Assembly: GCF_018143015.1 (NCBI RefSeq)
Contig: NC_054742.1
Coordinates: forward strand, 73,641,736-73,705,735
Direction of reading: 5' to 3'
Length of the DNA stretch: 64,000 nt
Origin: Lytechinus variegatus
Taxonomy: Eukaryota
In this document: piece by piece, positions 1-13,620 of the stretch
Position numbering within the stretch: position 1 is the first letter of the stretch
How the letters are laid out: every line of letters starts with the position of its first letter
Made by a program: the position numbers and the translations under genes
The notes under the pieces: generated by a model
Told to the model about the DNA's origin: nothing
Seen by the model: the letters and a program-made list of their open reading frames with translations, nothing else
Databases searched by the model: none

Positions 1-651
1 GATATAGCTGCCATGCCAGGGATCGAAACCCAGATTGCATCTCAAGCGTCTAACTCACACGATTGTATCATGACCCATATTTCAAGGGTTCAATTCAAAG
101 AAATGTCTATTTTCTTGAACAACATTCTCTCTTGTATGTGCCAGATATCGGAGCATGGGCATGCAAACCAAACCTTACCCCTGGTGGTTCATGTCATTAA
201 ATCCCATGCCTGATATTTCTAGTTTCCTGAATAGGGCTTGGGGTTGATCTTGCTCCCAGAGACTTGTTGTTATCGGATCTCATAGGGGGTAAGGAAATAC
301 CTCAATATGCGGATTAACACCACCTTTGCGTCTGTTCGATCCCGGCTTTTGGTTACTGATAGATGAATTCAACATCACGGCCATTTTACTAACTCTGCTG
401 TGGCTCCAGCCAAGTTTTGTTTCGAGTGTGATGTTGCCATGATAACTGCAGGAATTATATTTCATTGTCATGATGGTAATGTCACGCTACATATGTTGCA
501 AATTCAATATATCAAGCAGATTAGTCCTTCAACTTGCCCAGCATCCAAAATTTATCCTACATACATTTTGTTTATATTACACTTGATATGATACAATATC
601 TATGTATGCATTTCTTTCATTGATTGTACATTATTTTCCTCAGTAGGTGGG

Positions 652-1020
652 TTCAAACTGCCTCGATCACAAGAATTTATGCCACATTCACACTGCCCAG
701 AAACGTACCCTTCAGGATAAGTTCCTGAAGTTACGAGCCTGCGCAGTATGGTCTGGTTAGCAAGGCGCGAGATTCAAAATCGCGAACTCAGCAGCCACTC
801 ACGGCACCGCACCAAACTACACGCTGGGCTAAATTTTGCTTTCACACCGCCAAAATATCTGCAACCTTGGAAAGATCCCACGAAAGTTCTCGTAATTTTG
901 ACAAGTACCTACTATTTAGTGGGTATTTTCTTTCGGGGAGATTAGGTTTAATTTGCTTTCACACTGCCAAAATACCTGGAACTGACGAACTCCGAGGCAG
1001 TCTGAAACCACCTCATATTG
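652..1020 (+). repeat. Unclassified interspersed repeat family R1, copy a (about 370 bp), with three internal TTTCACAC(T/C)GCC(A/C)AAAATA(C/T)CTG subrepeats.
   Basis: Aligns with 23828-24295 from cctcgatcacaagaat to gtctgaaaccacctcatattg. It contains the internal inverted pair gaagttacgag / ctcgtaatttt. Confidence 0.6.
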
Positions 1021-1459
1021 TAATTGTGTGATGTGTGTAATATGGTGTTAGAAAAAACCTTGCAATTGATGATGATGGTGATGATGATGATGAAAATGAT
1101 AATAATAACAGCAGCAATATTCAGTTCTTGTAAAGTGCATTTTTTTAATTGTCATGTAACGTTCTCTGCACTTCCAAAAGTACTTTGGATATTCGTAGCC
1201 TGTCTTTGAAATCTCTCAATATGTTCATCTCTATTAACCCATCCTCTTCTCTCTCTCTCTTGTTCCCTTTCTTTTATCATTTAGGTGGGTCAGTTCTTCT
1301 GTCCATCCCCTGTGACCAGTCTGACCACCATGTCTCAGACCAGCAATACAATTCTGTGTGGAGATCAACTTGGAAACGTCTACCTGCTTGAATGGAAACA
1401 ATAAGATCAGACAATTTGAACACTAATTTTGTCCGTCTTGTGGGGTGTGAGAGTTCAAC

Positions 1460-1740
1460 GTTTAGCCGATTTCTGCTATTTATTGTTTTGATTTTCAGCT
1501 TAACTCCAGATTAATTCAAACTCTCTTACAGCATTTTTCAGCTCTTTCACTCCCCTGATCTTGTTAACTCTCAACTTCAACTTTTTTAGCTGATTTAAGT
1601 TATTTGGGATTTTGATTTTCAGTTTAATTTCAGCTTTTGTCTAACACTCTGTAGCATTTCATTTTATTTATTTTATTTTATTTATGATAATTTACACCCT
1701 TGATCTTGGTGACTCGACTGTTGACTTTTTTTCATGAAAA
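1460..1740. repeat. Tandem duplication of about 135-bp units, two copies.
   Basis: ttagc.gatt..ttttgattttcag.ttaa...ag...ctcttacagcattt...ttcactcccctgatcttg...ctc...tttttt occurs twice in tandem. Confidence 0.6.
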
Positions 1741-4614
1741 GGCAAAGCATGGTATAAAATATTTGTTGATATTAAAATCATAAATTTCCGTTCAGACATA
1801 AGACCAGACATCAGCGTTGTTCAAGTGTTTGATCTGCCTGATATCTAAATTTCATTTGAATTTATAGATAAGACTAATCAAAAAGAGTAGTGTTTGATAA
1901 TTTTAGTTCTATTTGTTCTGATTTGTTTTGTGTTTTTATCACCATTTACTACCATGAGCTCCAAATTGGAGGATTTTAGATTATGCTGCCAATTATCAAA
2001 ATTCATTTTGACATAAGCCAAGAGTATTACATTTGCATGATGCCCCTCTTTGTGACATTAGTTGTAACATGTACTTATTGCAAGACAGTGATGTTATGTA
2101 CTTTTTAATATTTTCTTTGGTTTGCTACTTATAATGAAAATGAGATTTAGAATGTAGTATTTGTAGATCATATTGTGGAAACTAATTTCTCCATGGTGAA
2201 TATTAATATGCAACGATAGCATTTTTATTTTGCACATTGTATAGTGCATCAAATATTTTTATTATTAACAACAAAAAATTGACCATTGTAGCTACTGTAT
2301 GCTAAAATTTAGAAGATCATATTTTCTGATACATGTTATACTAGAATGTGTTTGAATCATACAAATACAAGCATTAATTAATTTCATTGTTAGTATTGAA
2401 ACAAATAGCTGTTTCATGGATATGAGAAAATAGATAATTAATTGATATGTTTTGGAAGTCTTTGTGATATCATTGCTTGATGTAAAATTAAAGATTGTTA
2501 TGGGTGGAGAGTGTGTTCCCTCTTTCCTGTATATTTAGATAGATTATTCATGTCTTTCATTTTTTGTATGATCAGCCTTTATAAAAAGATATTAAAAGTA
2601 TAATATATATAATTTCTATGTATAACATGCTATTCAATTGTTCTATGCAGTGTAGCTGCTACATAAATAAATCTATACATTTTTTTCTTTTATTTAGGGC
2701 TTTAGGCAATATTGACTCTGTTATATCATAATGTTTTGTTGTCTTGTACTATGCTTTTTGTAAAACTTTATCTTTATTAAATTGAAAGTGGCGCCCCTCA
2801 CCACCCGATGCTTTTTGCAGAACTTTGCTGTTGATAATCATCTGTTCTTCTTAAAAAGAAAGAGAGATAGAATGATTGGATATGAATAAAGCATTTTCTG
2901 TTTAACAAAGCAAATATGACAGTTTGTCATTTGGCATGTAAGAATGCAATATCTTTTCATTGAGCAGGTAATTTTGCTACAGATTTATTTCCTTCAAAAA
3001 ATGTGCTATTTTCTCTAATATATCATTTTTTGTGTATGTGTGTGTGAACAATTTAAAAGCATTCTGAATTCAGCCTTCAAAGATAATCATGGCGAATAAA
3101 AGTATGATCATGTAACAAATATTGCTCGGAAAAACTTTTTTTATATATCAATATCAAATCATGATCATGAATCACAAGCTAACGGTTGCCAAGCTATTTT
3201 TCTTACGGAGAGAAGTACCAAATAGTACCTAATATGTTGACAACATATTTTAATGTTGTTGTTTTGTATCTCATATAGGTTTGAATTGAATTTAGAATTT
3301 GTTAACAAATTTCATTCACTTGACATGAACATTTTGTTTTATAATATATACATTACTATGGCAACATTGTTGTGTTGGAATAGAACTGATTAATGTTAAC
3401 TGATAATATTGGGGGTTTCCACATCAATGTTTTGTGGTAGATAATTATCTTTCTTTACAATCTAATAAATTTGTGTTATATGACAGCATTTTGTTTGTTT
3501 CTTATTGATTATTTGAATTTTATTGAATCGTCCATAAACTTTGTGAGATGTATTGATTCTATCAGATCCATAGCCTGTATGTTGTCACTTATAGATTTCC
3601 AGACATGCAGTTGATGTTTTGAAATGTTACATATCATAGATGTTATATTGATTCTTTTTCATGTTTCTCTAATGAAGATATAGAAGTGTTTCACAGAGAA
3701 TGTAGAAAGTGATTATATAAATTAATTAAAAGGTACCATAAATAAAAACTCAACGTCTCTGTAGTTTTTGTTGTAGGATGTTGGGGCATGTTATGAAGAC
3801 ATTACATTATGTTCAAAATATATAAACTTTTTATCGTACTACATAATTACTTGTATTTTAATCCGAAAGGTGATTGTGTGGGGGGGTTCACTTTTTATTT
3901 TTAAAAAGCCACATATATTTTTCAGCACCAAAAATACATTTCATTCTCATTCATGTCATGCCAAAAATCATTCCAAGTTCTTATGTATGAGTTACTTCTT
4001 GCAGAAATTTTCTTTTTTCACAATTTGTAAACACAAACGATGCCAAGGGAAGTATATATATATAAGTGTACAGAGAAGGTAGTTATGCCTAGAAATATGA
4101 ATAATTATATGCACTTTTTAATAGCTGATAAAATCACGAACGAAAGAAGAATCACATGATTGGGATAAGATCTCTATTTTGACAGGAAAGGGAGACTAAA
4201 AATAATTGCAGAGCTTATCAAAAGTAGATGTCCAGTTTTGTCTTCAGGAAGCATTGATATCCACAGCAGACTAGTTGACAGCAGAAGCCCATGTCCTATA
4301 TAAAACCTCTAATATTAAAAGTTATTTTCAAACAGATAAATCTTTTGGTACACCTGGGGCCCGTTGCATTAAAATTTTCCTCTGGCAAACAAAGTCATTG
4401 ACGCACATAAAAAGCCCTGGCAACAATTTTTTTATGCAACTTACAAGTAACATGAGCGCTGGCGATCATATAGGGGACTGGCCCCACTGAAGTTTCACCC
4501 CCCCCCCCCAAAAAAAAAGGGGGATAAGGAAAAGGGGAAACGGGTGAAATGTATTTTTTTCCAAATGTTAAGGCAAACTCTATCACAAATTTCGGGGGGG
4601 GTATTAAAACGGTC

Positions 4615-4680
4615 TACATTTTTTTCTCGCTCGCAGCTTTGTAGAATTTTTTTCCCATACGCCATGTCTGGTCCCATCAT
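4615..4680 (+). repeat. Short repeat family with a CTCGCTCGC core. The partner copy is at 8075-8135, and inverted CGCTCGC partners lie at 5895-5915 and 8640-8657.
   Basis: tttttctcgctcgcagctttgtagaatttttttcccatacgccatgtctgg compared with aaaaatggctcgctcgcttctctttcagctttttaaaagttttggccccaatgccatgcctgcc. The inverted cores lie 1.29 kb and 0.58 kb away respectively. Confidence 0.4.
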
Positions 4681-6485
4681 AATATTTGTCTCATTACGCT
4701 CCTGAATAGGGGTATTTCATGGATGGCTTGTAATCCCCTTATTAAACACTTCAAACTTTACTGGATATCATGGAATGCGCCAAGAGTGATATAGGCTGCT
4801 TTCGAAGAGTAGGCCTATTCCGATTTTATGCTTCTTAATATTACCGCTGTATGAATATATCATGACATTGGGGATATAATTTTAATTGTTTCATTACTTT
4901 ACCTACATATTATTTTTCATGGACATCATGAAACTAAATATTCAGAATAATGAACTCGTAAACTTGATAAGAATAATGGATTATGGTTGAATAGGTAAAT
5001 CTGTGTATAGCATATTATATCAAAGAAACATGAACATTATTAACCCTTCTAATGAATGTTTGAAAAAAGGAATATCCGATTCCTTCACAAATTCCTTCGC
5101 GTTAAAATAATGTGAAATGATAAATGGTTGGGGAAACGTTTAGCTAACCACGGTTAACATAGTTAAACTTAATTATTATTGATATGAATATTTTATATCA
5201 CCCTTATCAGAGCTGAACATATATATTTACAAGGATGATAATGCTCTTCCTTCACATACCTCATCGTGTATTTTTATATCTTATGACAAAATTTGAGTAT
5301 TTTTAGATAGGTCATAAATTCACGGCACTCCCAGTCGTTTATTTTGATTCTCAATTTTAAAACAAAATTTCAACGAAAATGCAACTAACATGAATTTCCA
5401 TGTCAATCTACCTTATATTTGGAGTTATAGAGGCAGGTGAGGGCCATACCTGTATGTTTTCAGGAAAATCATCAGTACGCCCCCCCCCCCCCCGACACAC
5501 ATCCCTTAAATCAAGGGGCGGCGGAGAGAAGTCAGAAGTTGGGGGGGGGGGGCAGGGAAAAGGGGGCACTCTATCTTTCGAAAGGACACTATCTTAAAAC
5601 AAAGGGGGAAAAATAACCTCCAAAATCACCACTATAAAATGACCGAATGCATACATGTAGTGTTCAAATTTCATGAAATTATAGCAATGGTTAACTGGTG
5701 GCGAAACGTATTTTCGTTTTGGGGCAAAGTGAAGAAAAAAGGTCACTTTTACGTGAAAAGGGACATTGGGCGAAACATATACTATCACAATCGGATTACA
5801 TTTCTACCTCAAATAGTTATATATGTTTCACGGGAAAATAAGTCGACCAAAATGCTTTTGAAGGGGGTTCTGATTACTAAATATGAAATGTACATTTATC
5901 TATTCTGCGAGCGAGCGGTTTGGGGAAAATTAGAGATGAAGTGGCAAAAAAAATGCTTTTTGGAGTATTCTGGCCCTAATTACAAATCGGAATTTTTGTC
6001 GTGTGTTCAAAAGGTATGAACCCCCCTCGAAAGGTGAAGAGAAAGACCGTCGGAAAATTCCTTTACGAGAGACATTTCTTTTTGATAGCTTGGAGAGCAA
6101 ATAAAGAAGATTTTAGGGCAATTGATGGCAAAATAATATTTTTCTTTACTAAATCAAAACTCAGATCGTGTGGTTATGATCGTAACAGGCTTAATAAAAA
6201 GATCAGAAAGTATTTACGACAGAGTAATCTCTGTAATTTAGTTGTAATGCGGCGAAAGGATGCGCTGCCGAGTTCCACCGGAGTTCAACGAACTCAGAAA
6301 CTTTCAACCAATCAGAATGAAAAACGATCATAAGCACGATGTGGACTACAGTCGTAACCGATGCACATAGAGTACCACACCAATTCTCTTACACGGGTGT
6401 TGAATTTAAAGTGAAGTGTTATCTTCATCCTCAAATGGGTGATATTTATTAAAGTACCTTTGGTTATTACTTTCACAGTGTTTGG

Positions 6486-6560
6486 TGTTATATTGTAATT
6501 GGTGTAATTTGGTGTAATTATTGGTGCAATTGGTGTAATTATGTTAATTGGTGTAATTTT
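6486..6560. repeat. Minisatellite (AATTGGTGTAATT)n, about 6 units.
   Basis: gtaattggtgtaatttggtgtaattattggtgcaattggtgtaattatgttaattggtgtaatttt. Confidence 0.7.
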
Positions 6561-7779
6561 AACACATCAGGGTGTTGTGGGATTGCGTTCTGCGAAGGGG
6601 CCCTGCCCCTGCGCTGCGTTAAGACCTTTGCGTACGTTTTCAATTCTATGACGCATGTACTTTATATTTTGATAGTCGTTATCAAAGCATTCATCAAGCC
6701 ACAACAATAAATTGACACTCATTTCGATCAAGGGTAACAAGGGAGATAACCTTTGGAACGGCTCAGGCTGATTTCCCCCTTTAGGGGTAAAAAAATGATT
6801 CTATCATTCTGTTTTCCCCCTTGGGAATGATTAGGCACTTTTAAAATGATAAATTCTAAACGATCTTCAATAAAAGATATAGGCCCTAAACTGGTCGTTA
6901 TAGCTTTTAACGAAAATAGAGCCTGGAAATTAGGAGAGGAGATATTTGGGCATTTATGGGGTAAAAGATGAAATATCTTTCAAATAGTTTTTCTGTTTTC
7001 TTGTAATTTCAAAGGTGTACATTTTTTCTTTCTTCGTCTGTCATGATTAAAGTTTAATAAGCGCCCCCTTCCCTCTTCCACTGGCCTCTTCCACCCCTGA
7101 ACAGCTACCCTAGTTCCGCACTTCCCCCGCCCCCACCCCCCAGGGACACACCCTAACCCCCGTACCCATAGAATACTCGAGCTACCCCCATTCTCCGACT
7201 GACTCATCGAAGTCCATTGTCAGAAATCCTCCATGAAAGAAAAAAAAATGAGAATAGTAGGAAATTAGGATTGTCCTTATCCAAGGTCAAATATAGTTCC
7301 CTCAGGATATAACTCACCCTCAAACAATTTCACCCGATCACAATTCTTTAAACCGACCGCCTTTGAAAATGACAGTTAACTTCGTTAAACGGGGGTCCTC
7401 GGGGATGGCCGCATTTTTCTAAATGACGTAAACATTTGTAACTGCAAGTTTCGATGCGATAAAAAGGTGAATCATTAATTTGATATCAAATGGTTTTCTT
7501 TTTTACTTCTTTTCAGTGATCAATCTACTTATAAAACAATAAATTGCTTTATCGTTTAACATAAAAAAATCTTTGTATAAACTTCTCCATTTAGCTTCTG
7601 GGGCCGCCGCGGACTAGTTTCGAAAGTTGTGGGGGGGGGGGGGCTGACCATGTACCAAAACACAAGCACAATGTATTTATTAAGGTTTTGTACACATTGA
7701 AAAATTTGGGTCCCAGCAATGGCGCCCCCCCCCCCTATAAAAAATCTTAGTACATTTATTCACAATGTCACGATTATAT

Positions 7780-7985
7780 GAATTCATTTATTGGTTTCAT
7801 TTATTTATCTATAATTCATGTTATTCATTTATTCAATGTTCTTTATATTTGATTATTCAGGTTTTTTTTTTGTTGGCTACTTATTCAATTTTTAATTATT
7901 CATTTTCATGTTATTGTTATTGTTTGTTTATTTTATGGATTTATTCATTTTTTTTTTATCCATCCATTTATTTGTGTATTGATCT
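7780..7985. repeat. AT-rich low-complexity, satellite-like tract (TTCATTTATT variants).
   Basis: Repeated ttcatttatt / ttattcattt units. The 78-codon ORF here is a composition artifact. Confidence 0.5.
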
Positions 7986-8787
7986 ATCATTAACAACTTA
8001 AGAAAATATTAATTGTTATTCATTGCTTCAATATTAGACTTTTGTTTCGATTTAAGGTAAACAAAAATGGCTCGCTCGCTTCTCTTTCAGCTTTTTAAAA
8101 GTTTTGGCCCCAATGCCATGCCTGCCCCCTCCAATTTTGTTGGCTCGATACACTACTGTGAAGAGTGTACACTAGCTATTTTTCATTTAAAAAGCATGTT
8201 TATTTCCAGAATTATAATCCATCTTGACAAAGCATTGACCTTGAGATGTCATGTTATAAATATGATGAATAATGGCAGAACTCCTTGCATTCGAACCATC
8301 ATCAGCGCCGCATCATTGCAGCTGGCCAGCGATGCATCTGTTAATCACGCCCTTTCCGCCGCTGTGCAGCCCCATAGACACGTATCAAATCTGCTTTGTC
8401 CATCAATTTGTGATCAAACTCGATTCAACTTACGTAGGCCTATTTCATCATTCAAATTTCAACACGCGATGATTTTTTAGGACAAATTGTCAGAAAAAAC
8501 CCACACTATTGACTCGTGGAGAATGAAGTAGTTCAATAAAAATGATAAAAATGAGGCATGTCACCATATTTTGAAAATTTTGAGGTGGCCAAACATGGTT
8601 TGAAGAGCAACATTTCTATTGAAAAAAGTCACAGGCGAGTGAAGCGAGCGGGCAAAATATGGACTTCTTGATACTAGTATATGAAATTTGACAATTAGTT
8701 CAGAAAACAATATTATAAGCTTATTTCTCTCGTTTTTTTTTCTTCATTTTTTTTTCATTTTGTTCTTGGTGGTGGGACTGGGTGGGG

Positions 8788-8830
8788 CATGACCATCATC
8801 ATCATCACCATCACCATCATCTGACCCATC
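8788..8830. repeat. (CAT/CAC)n microsatellite. Similar (GAT)n and (CAT)n tracts lie at 1066-1100, 9741-9754 and 9960-9975.
   Basis: catcatcatcatcaccatcaccatcat. Confidence 0.8.
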
Positions 8831-11800
8831 ATGCCTCGGACAAATTTGCAGAGCTCTATCGGCGAAAAAAATAGGGGAATGGGGGCTGTGATAGAGGGAC
8901 GATGAGAAAGAGGGAAAGAAGAGCGCAGTGCAGCTGCTAGAGGTGGAGGAAGGAGGAAGAGAAATTGGCACAAGATGAAGTTCCAAGAGGAGATCCAAAA
9001 TGAAGGTTTTCATGGGTGGAGTGTGAAAAACGGTTTTTATAAAACAAGACGATGTTGTTGTTTTTTTTACAAATTGCAACCCGGACAAGGCCTTGGGGAT
9101 GATAGAATGCTGGGATGTTTTTCCCATTATGTGAAAGATCATCTGTCATGATATTTTAATGAGAAATCTGGAAATTCAATCAAGTAAATTGATAAGCTGA
9201 CATGCAGAAGATAGTCCTAGAATCATCCCACTCACTTCTCAAGTTCATGAACTCTCTCCGTGGAGCGTGATGAAGCAAGCCATTTCATGGAAGAACCATT
9301 CCAACTTTTTAGACATGCAATCGATCTCAAGCCTCAACTACTTCATACAAAAAAATACAAGTTTATAATTTTATCTGTTGTCCGATAACTGATGGTTTCA
9401 GCAAAGGTTTCATGAAACAGGCTCTATAATGCTGCATAAAACAGTTCAAGCAAGAAAATGCTTATAATAGCAATATCCGAGCAAAAGTCGGCAAATAAAA
9501 AATCTCTTGGCAAAATGATTTTTTTTTTTTTTGGGGGGGGGGCTTAGGATAGAAGCCATTTCGCTTAAATGTGAGCAAAATGCTAGGATTTATGTTTAAG
9601 GAATAAACAGATGTCTGAATGGGAGACGAGAGCTTACACTATTGAAGACCCCCCCCCCCCCACACACACACACACTGTTTTGTTTTGTTAGGTACAGATC
9701 CCAGTCGCCCAATTTTTTCACTGCTCTTCTTTCACTTATCATCATCATCATCACTGGTGCCATGACATTTGCTCCAGCAACAATTGCTCCATTGGAAAAT
9801 CTGCACGTTAAGCCAATCCCAAAACCTTACCTCATAAACTTTCATAAACCGTAATCCTTATCTTTATATTATACTGAACCCAAAGCTCTAGTACGATCCC
9901 AATTCTAACCTTATGACCACTGGAATATTAAGACCGCAGCAAAGGTTGCAGGAGTAGATGATCATCATCATCATAACAACTCCATGTTATCATCATTCAA
10001 ATACACTTATGGAATTTCAACTAATTCAACTACATTTTCACCAAACCTACAATATGTAAGTCCCCTCCTATCAACCAGAACAATTTTACAAAGAACACTT
10101 TTTTCTGACATCATTATTATCATTTTGTAAAGCTTTTATTTCATCAACATGAGTGAAGTAAAAAATATATAAAGATATACACAAAATATCTTTCTGCTAG
10201 AGACACAACCAACTATGAAAAACATGTAAACTCATACATGAACATCTCGATTAAATATGCAGCGACGTCAAAACAATTGTCAAATTCATGAAGCGGACAG
10301 CAAAAAAAAAAAAACACAACAAAGCACATTTTGACAGATTAAGATTTACATATTTGAAAAATATTAAAGATATTATTTCATTTGGCAAGTAGGATATTTG
10401 ATAATGTACATAATATATGTATATAAATATAGCTTTAAGATTATGCAAATTACTTCTGAATATTTTGGACTTTTAAAATGACTATTTTATCTTACCTGCA
10501 AATCTATATTCTTTTGAGCTAAAGAACTGCTTGATAAAATAAATATAAATTGAAGAGTAAATTCTATTGAAATCAAGTTCAATTCACTTGCAAAAATGCA
10601 TATACATTGCTTTACATAACTGTAGTCCAATATGCTATCTATGAATATAGTTTTTTGAAGAGAGTCTAAAGAAAGTCCCATGACTTTCTCAAAATTATCA
10701 TTTTGAAATAAATTTTCTTCAGACTTTGTATATTTGAAATGTCAAACACAACTTATCAGAAGACAGAGGGAATACATATTTTCTTGGTGTGACCATTATG
10801 GACTCTTACATATCATAAAGCCGGGAACTGTCATTTTTCAGCCACAATTAAGTTTGAGGAATGTATATACATAATGAAAATAATCAACACTTGACATTAG
10901 TATCTTTTCTCAGACCCTTCATTAGGAAGTCAGTTTAACTATAAAATACATTTGTTTTCATTGCCATGAAAAATCTACACCAAAATTCCTCCTTAAGCAG
11001 AATTGGATAGCACAGAGCCAACCAAATTGAGGGATTTTTTGAGGACACATACCCAGCATGTCAGCTAATTTCATTTGTGATATGAGCATTTAATGTTTTT
11101 TTTTTTCTTAGGCTTTGCAAACAGGAGTTGGGTGATATAAGAAACGACAGATTTCAAGTCCATGTATTACAAAGAATTTGGGCAAATACATCGTACATCG
11201 TACATCATGAATCATAATGTATACTGTACAAAAACTATATACAACACACACACAGATACATTTGGTCTATAAAATTGTAAGCTCCTACGAGGCACTGGAT
11301 ATTAACAAGATGAAAATTGCACAAGATATACATATATTTTTTGCACCTTCATATGAAAAATACAATCAAAGATGAAAGTCATCATACATTTGTAAATGAA
11401 TGCTCCATGGGGCAAATAATAGTTATGCATGAAAAAAAGAGATTATTCAAAACCTGGCACATTTCTGGATGGGTGATTGCATGATGAATGATTGTAGCGC
11501 ATGAAAACAGAAATCTGATCTTTGTGTGTACAAATGAAAAAAAATGAAAATGATGAAGCAAGCCTACAGAACTCCCAAAGTAAGACAAAGACTGTCACTT
11601 TTTCTTCTTCTGCATGAAAAAAAAATTAGCAATCGCAAGCCACCATAACATGCTAGGATCATACACCAAACTGTGTATTGGGAAAAAAATGTGTCTCTTC
11701 GTTCAGCCTAGTTTACATATGCGATCTAATAACGCATATCGTCTACATTGATTGCATACTTACAAAATAGTACTGCTTTTACTCAAATTTTTTCCTTCAG

Positions 11801-12612
11801 GGACACCATCAAATACATGTACATGTAGGTAACCTCTTTTTAGGTTCTTAATCTGTGAGGACAGAGGTTCACTATCAGTTTAATATGATTTCAAACTTAT
11901 GCACATTACTTCTTTGAGCACCTCGGGATGAGCATTTCTATACCTACATTGTATCTCGTCTAAATGAACCTTGACACTTTGACTTTATCCCACCTTGAAG
12001 AAAAACAAAACTAATTGCTGTGTATTTGTTGAGAGTTATGACTTCCATGTCAATTGGGAGGTTGTTGGTGATAAAACCCAGCCGCATGAAAAACCGACTC
12101 AGTAATATCCATTTCAATTAATCGTAAACTTTGAGAATACTTTCAGGAAATACTTGATAATAAATGGAAATGATTGTGAACTCTAGATGCATATTAGCAC
12201 CCTATGTGCACAATTTCTTTGTACTTCTTCCAATTTAACATGAGATTCAAACACATTTTAAAATTAATAAATATCTGATATCTATAAATAGTCATCTGAA
12301 GCAGATCTTTCAAATGTGAAAGTCACTGGAGATGGAAGATATGAAAAATAGAACCATTGGTTAACAATATTCTTCCATGGGCATAGGAATATAATGATAA
12401 AGGCACAAGAATAGCATTGTTGGTGAATTCAATAAAGTAAGTATAAAAAGCACTTGAAAATGAAAAACGGAGGAGAAAATCTATCAAAGACTGAAAGAAA
12501 TGTCCACAGAGTCTGACTTTGGTTTCATGGAATTCCATCATTTTTCAAAAATGAAAAAACAGTGGGTACAGGAAGCACAGTATGGCATATCTATAAGATT
12601 CAGAAACATACT

Positions 12613-13620
12613 TCACAATTCTAAGTTGGAATCAATGACATTTACAGTATCACTTGGTGTTTCTCCATGGAGCATCCTCCACATCTCTTTGCATGAGTCC
12701 ACTGTCAAATCAGATAGATACTGACACTGAAGTTGGTCTGATAGAGTGAGTCCGGATTTGTTCTCAACGGATGTCTGCCCGAGCAAGGAATACAGGGCTA
12801 TTTTGGTTACGACCTTTGCTTGCTCTGTCATGAGCCACTTTTCTAGTCCTTGGTTCAGTGCCTCGGCTGTGCTTGCATTATCAGTGAATACTGTTGATGG
12901 TGGGCCCCAGAGCAGGCACTGAAAAAGGGCAGCAGCCTGGTGGCAGGTGATCCTGTCCTGAGGATTCTTGGCGAGGAGTTTTGCAGCGATTGTGCGTAGA
13001 TCAGCAGAGAGGGACGACTTGACGGGGATATCAGGAAGGTCATCTGCAGTGTAGTCGGAGATGATCAAGCTCGTCCTGGTGGAGAAAGGGTTGGGTTGAT
13101 GAAGGAATTCGTAGACCAGAATCCCTACATCAAACTCGTGGCATTTCTGCTCCAGCTTTGACGCCACCTCCTTCTCGTCTGCCCTCGTTGGGGATACCAC
13201 TTCTGCCCCCATCAGGTGGTTGATGACTAGACGGTGTCCTCCGCCTGGAAGCCCACTCTCTGTCAGCAAGAGGTGGTCGAGCTTCAGGCTCTCAAGGCAC
13301 ATGTGGCGTGACTGAAGCTGGCACAGTCCCTGACACAATTGCAGCAGCATCAAAGCAACATCCCGCTCATAGACCTCAGGTAGATTCGCATGTTTCTCGA
13401 TATTCTGCGAGACATACTCCGCAACGTTCCCCTTTGGTAAGTCATCAACAATGACCAAGGCTGTCTCTATGGATCCACCTGATTGGGTAGAACTGCCCCT
13501 GGTTTTTCTTTGCTCAAGAAGTGAAGGATCAATGGTCACAGTGTCTCTGGTTGCATGGGACACAGATATAAGGTTGGGCTGGGATGTCATTGACTTGGTC
13601 AGTTCAGCCATCTGAAGCAC
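12613..13620 (-). CDS. Terminal coding exon of the large minus-strand gene, encoding a kinase-like C-lobe (predicted pseudokinase). The stop TGA is at 12613-12615 and the acceptor is probably at about 13611-13623.
   Basis: A 335-codon open frame. The translation has a kinase hinge-like LVIVDDLPKGNVAEYV, an alphaE/catalytic-loop-like ERDVALMLLQLCQGLCQLQSRHMCLESLKLDHLLL (13264-13305), an alphaF-like DVGILVYEFL and an alphaH/I-like LLAKNPQDRITCHQAAALFQCLLWGP. The catalytic Asp and Asn are replaced (S-LKLD-H), so it is likely catalytically dead. A candidate acceptor cag|GTGCTTCAG sits upstream, and the upstream donor at 14954 has a matching phase. Confidence 0.65.
   Translation of the reverse strand: MLQMAELTKSMTSQPNLISVSHATRDTVTIDPSLLEQRKTRGSSTQSGGSIETALVIVDDLPKGNVAEYVSQNIEKHANLPEVYERDVALMLLQLCQGLCQLQSRHMCLESLKLDHLLLTESGLPGGGHRLVINHLMGAEVVSPTRADEKEVASKLEQKCHEFDVGILVYEFLHQPNPFSTRTSLIISDYTADDLPDIPVKSSLSADLRTIAAKLLAKNPQDRITCHQAAALFQCLLWGPPSTVFTDNASTAEALNQGLEKWLMTEQAKVVTKIALYSLLGQTSVENKSGLTLSDQLQCQYLSDLTVDSCKEMWRMLHGETPSDTVNVIDSNLEL

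Noticed and set aside
1-45. tRNA-like B box on the minus strand (CCAGGGATCGAAACCCAG) at the window edge
   Set aside because: Only a partial T-arm-like motif is visible. It is truncated by the window boundary and there is no A box in view.
5639-6333. Two overlapping plus-strand ORFs (126 and 110 codons)
   Set aside because: They have an AT-rich composition and Lys/Phe/Ile-rich translations with no motifs. The region is flanked by homopolymer and repeat debris.
6486-6560. Possible CRISPR-like array
   Set aside because: The 13-bp units are contiguous with no spacers, and the genomic context is eukaryotic. It is a minisatellite.
8067-8480. 137-codon plus-strand ORF (MARSLLFQLFKSF...)
   Set aside because: It starts inside the CTCGCTCGC repeat unit and is bounded by its inverted partner. 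It has no recognisable domain and no splice context, so it is probably a repeat-internal chance ORF.
8744-9149. 132-aa and 72-aa minus-strand ORFs with DGDGDDDDG and HHHH runs
   Set aside because: Both are generated by the (CAT/CAC)n microsatellite and A/T homopolymers, so I treat them as low-complexity artifacts.
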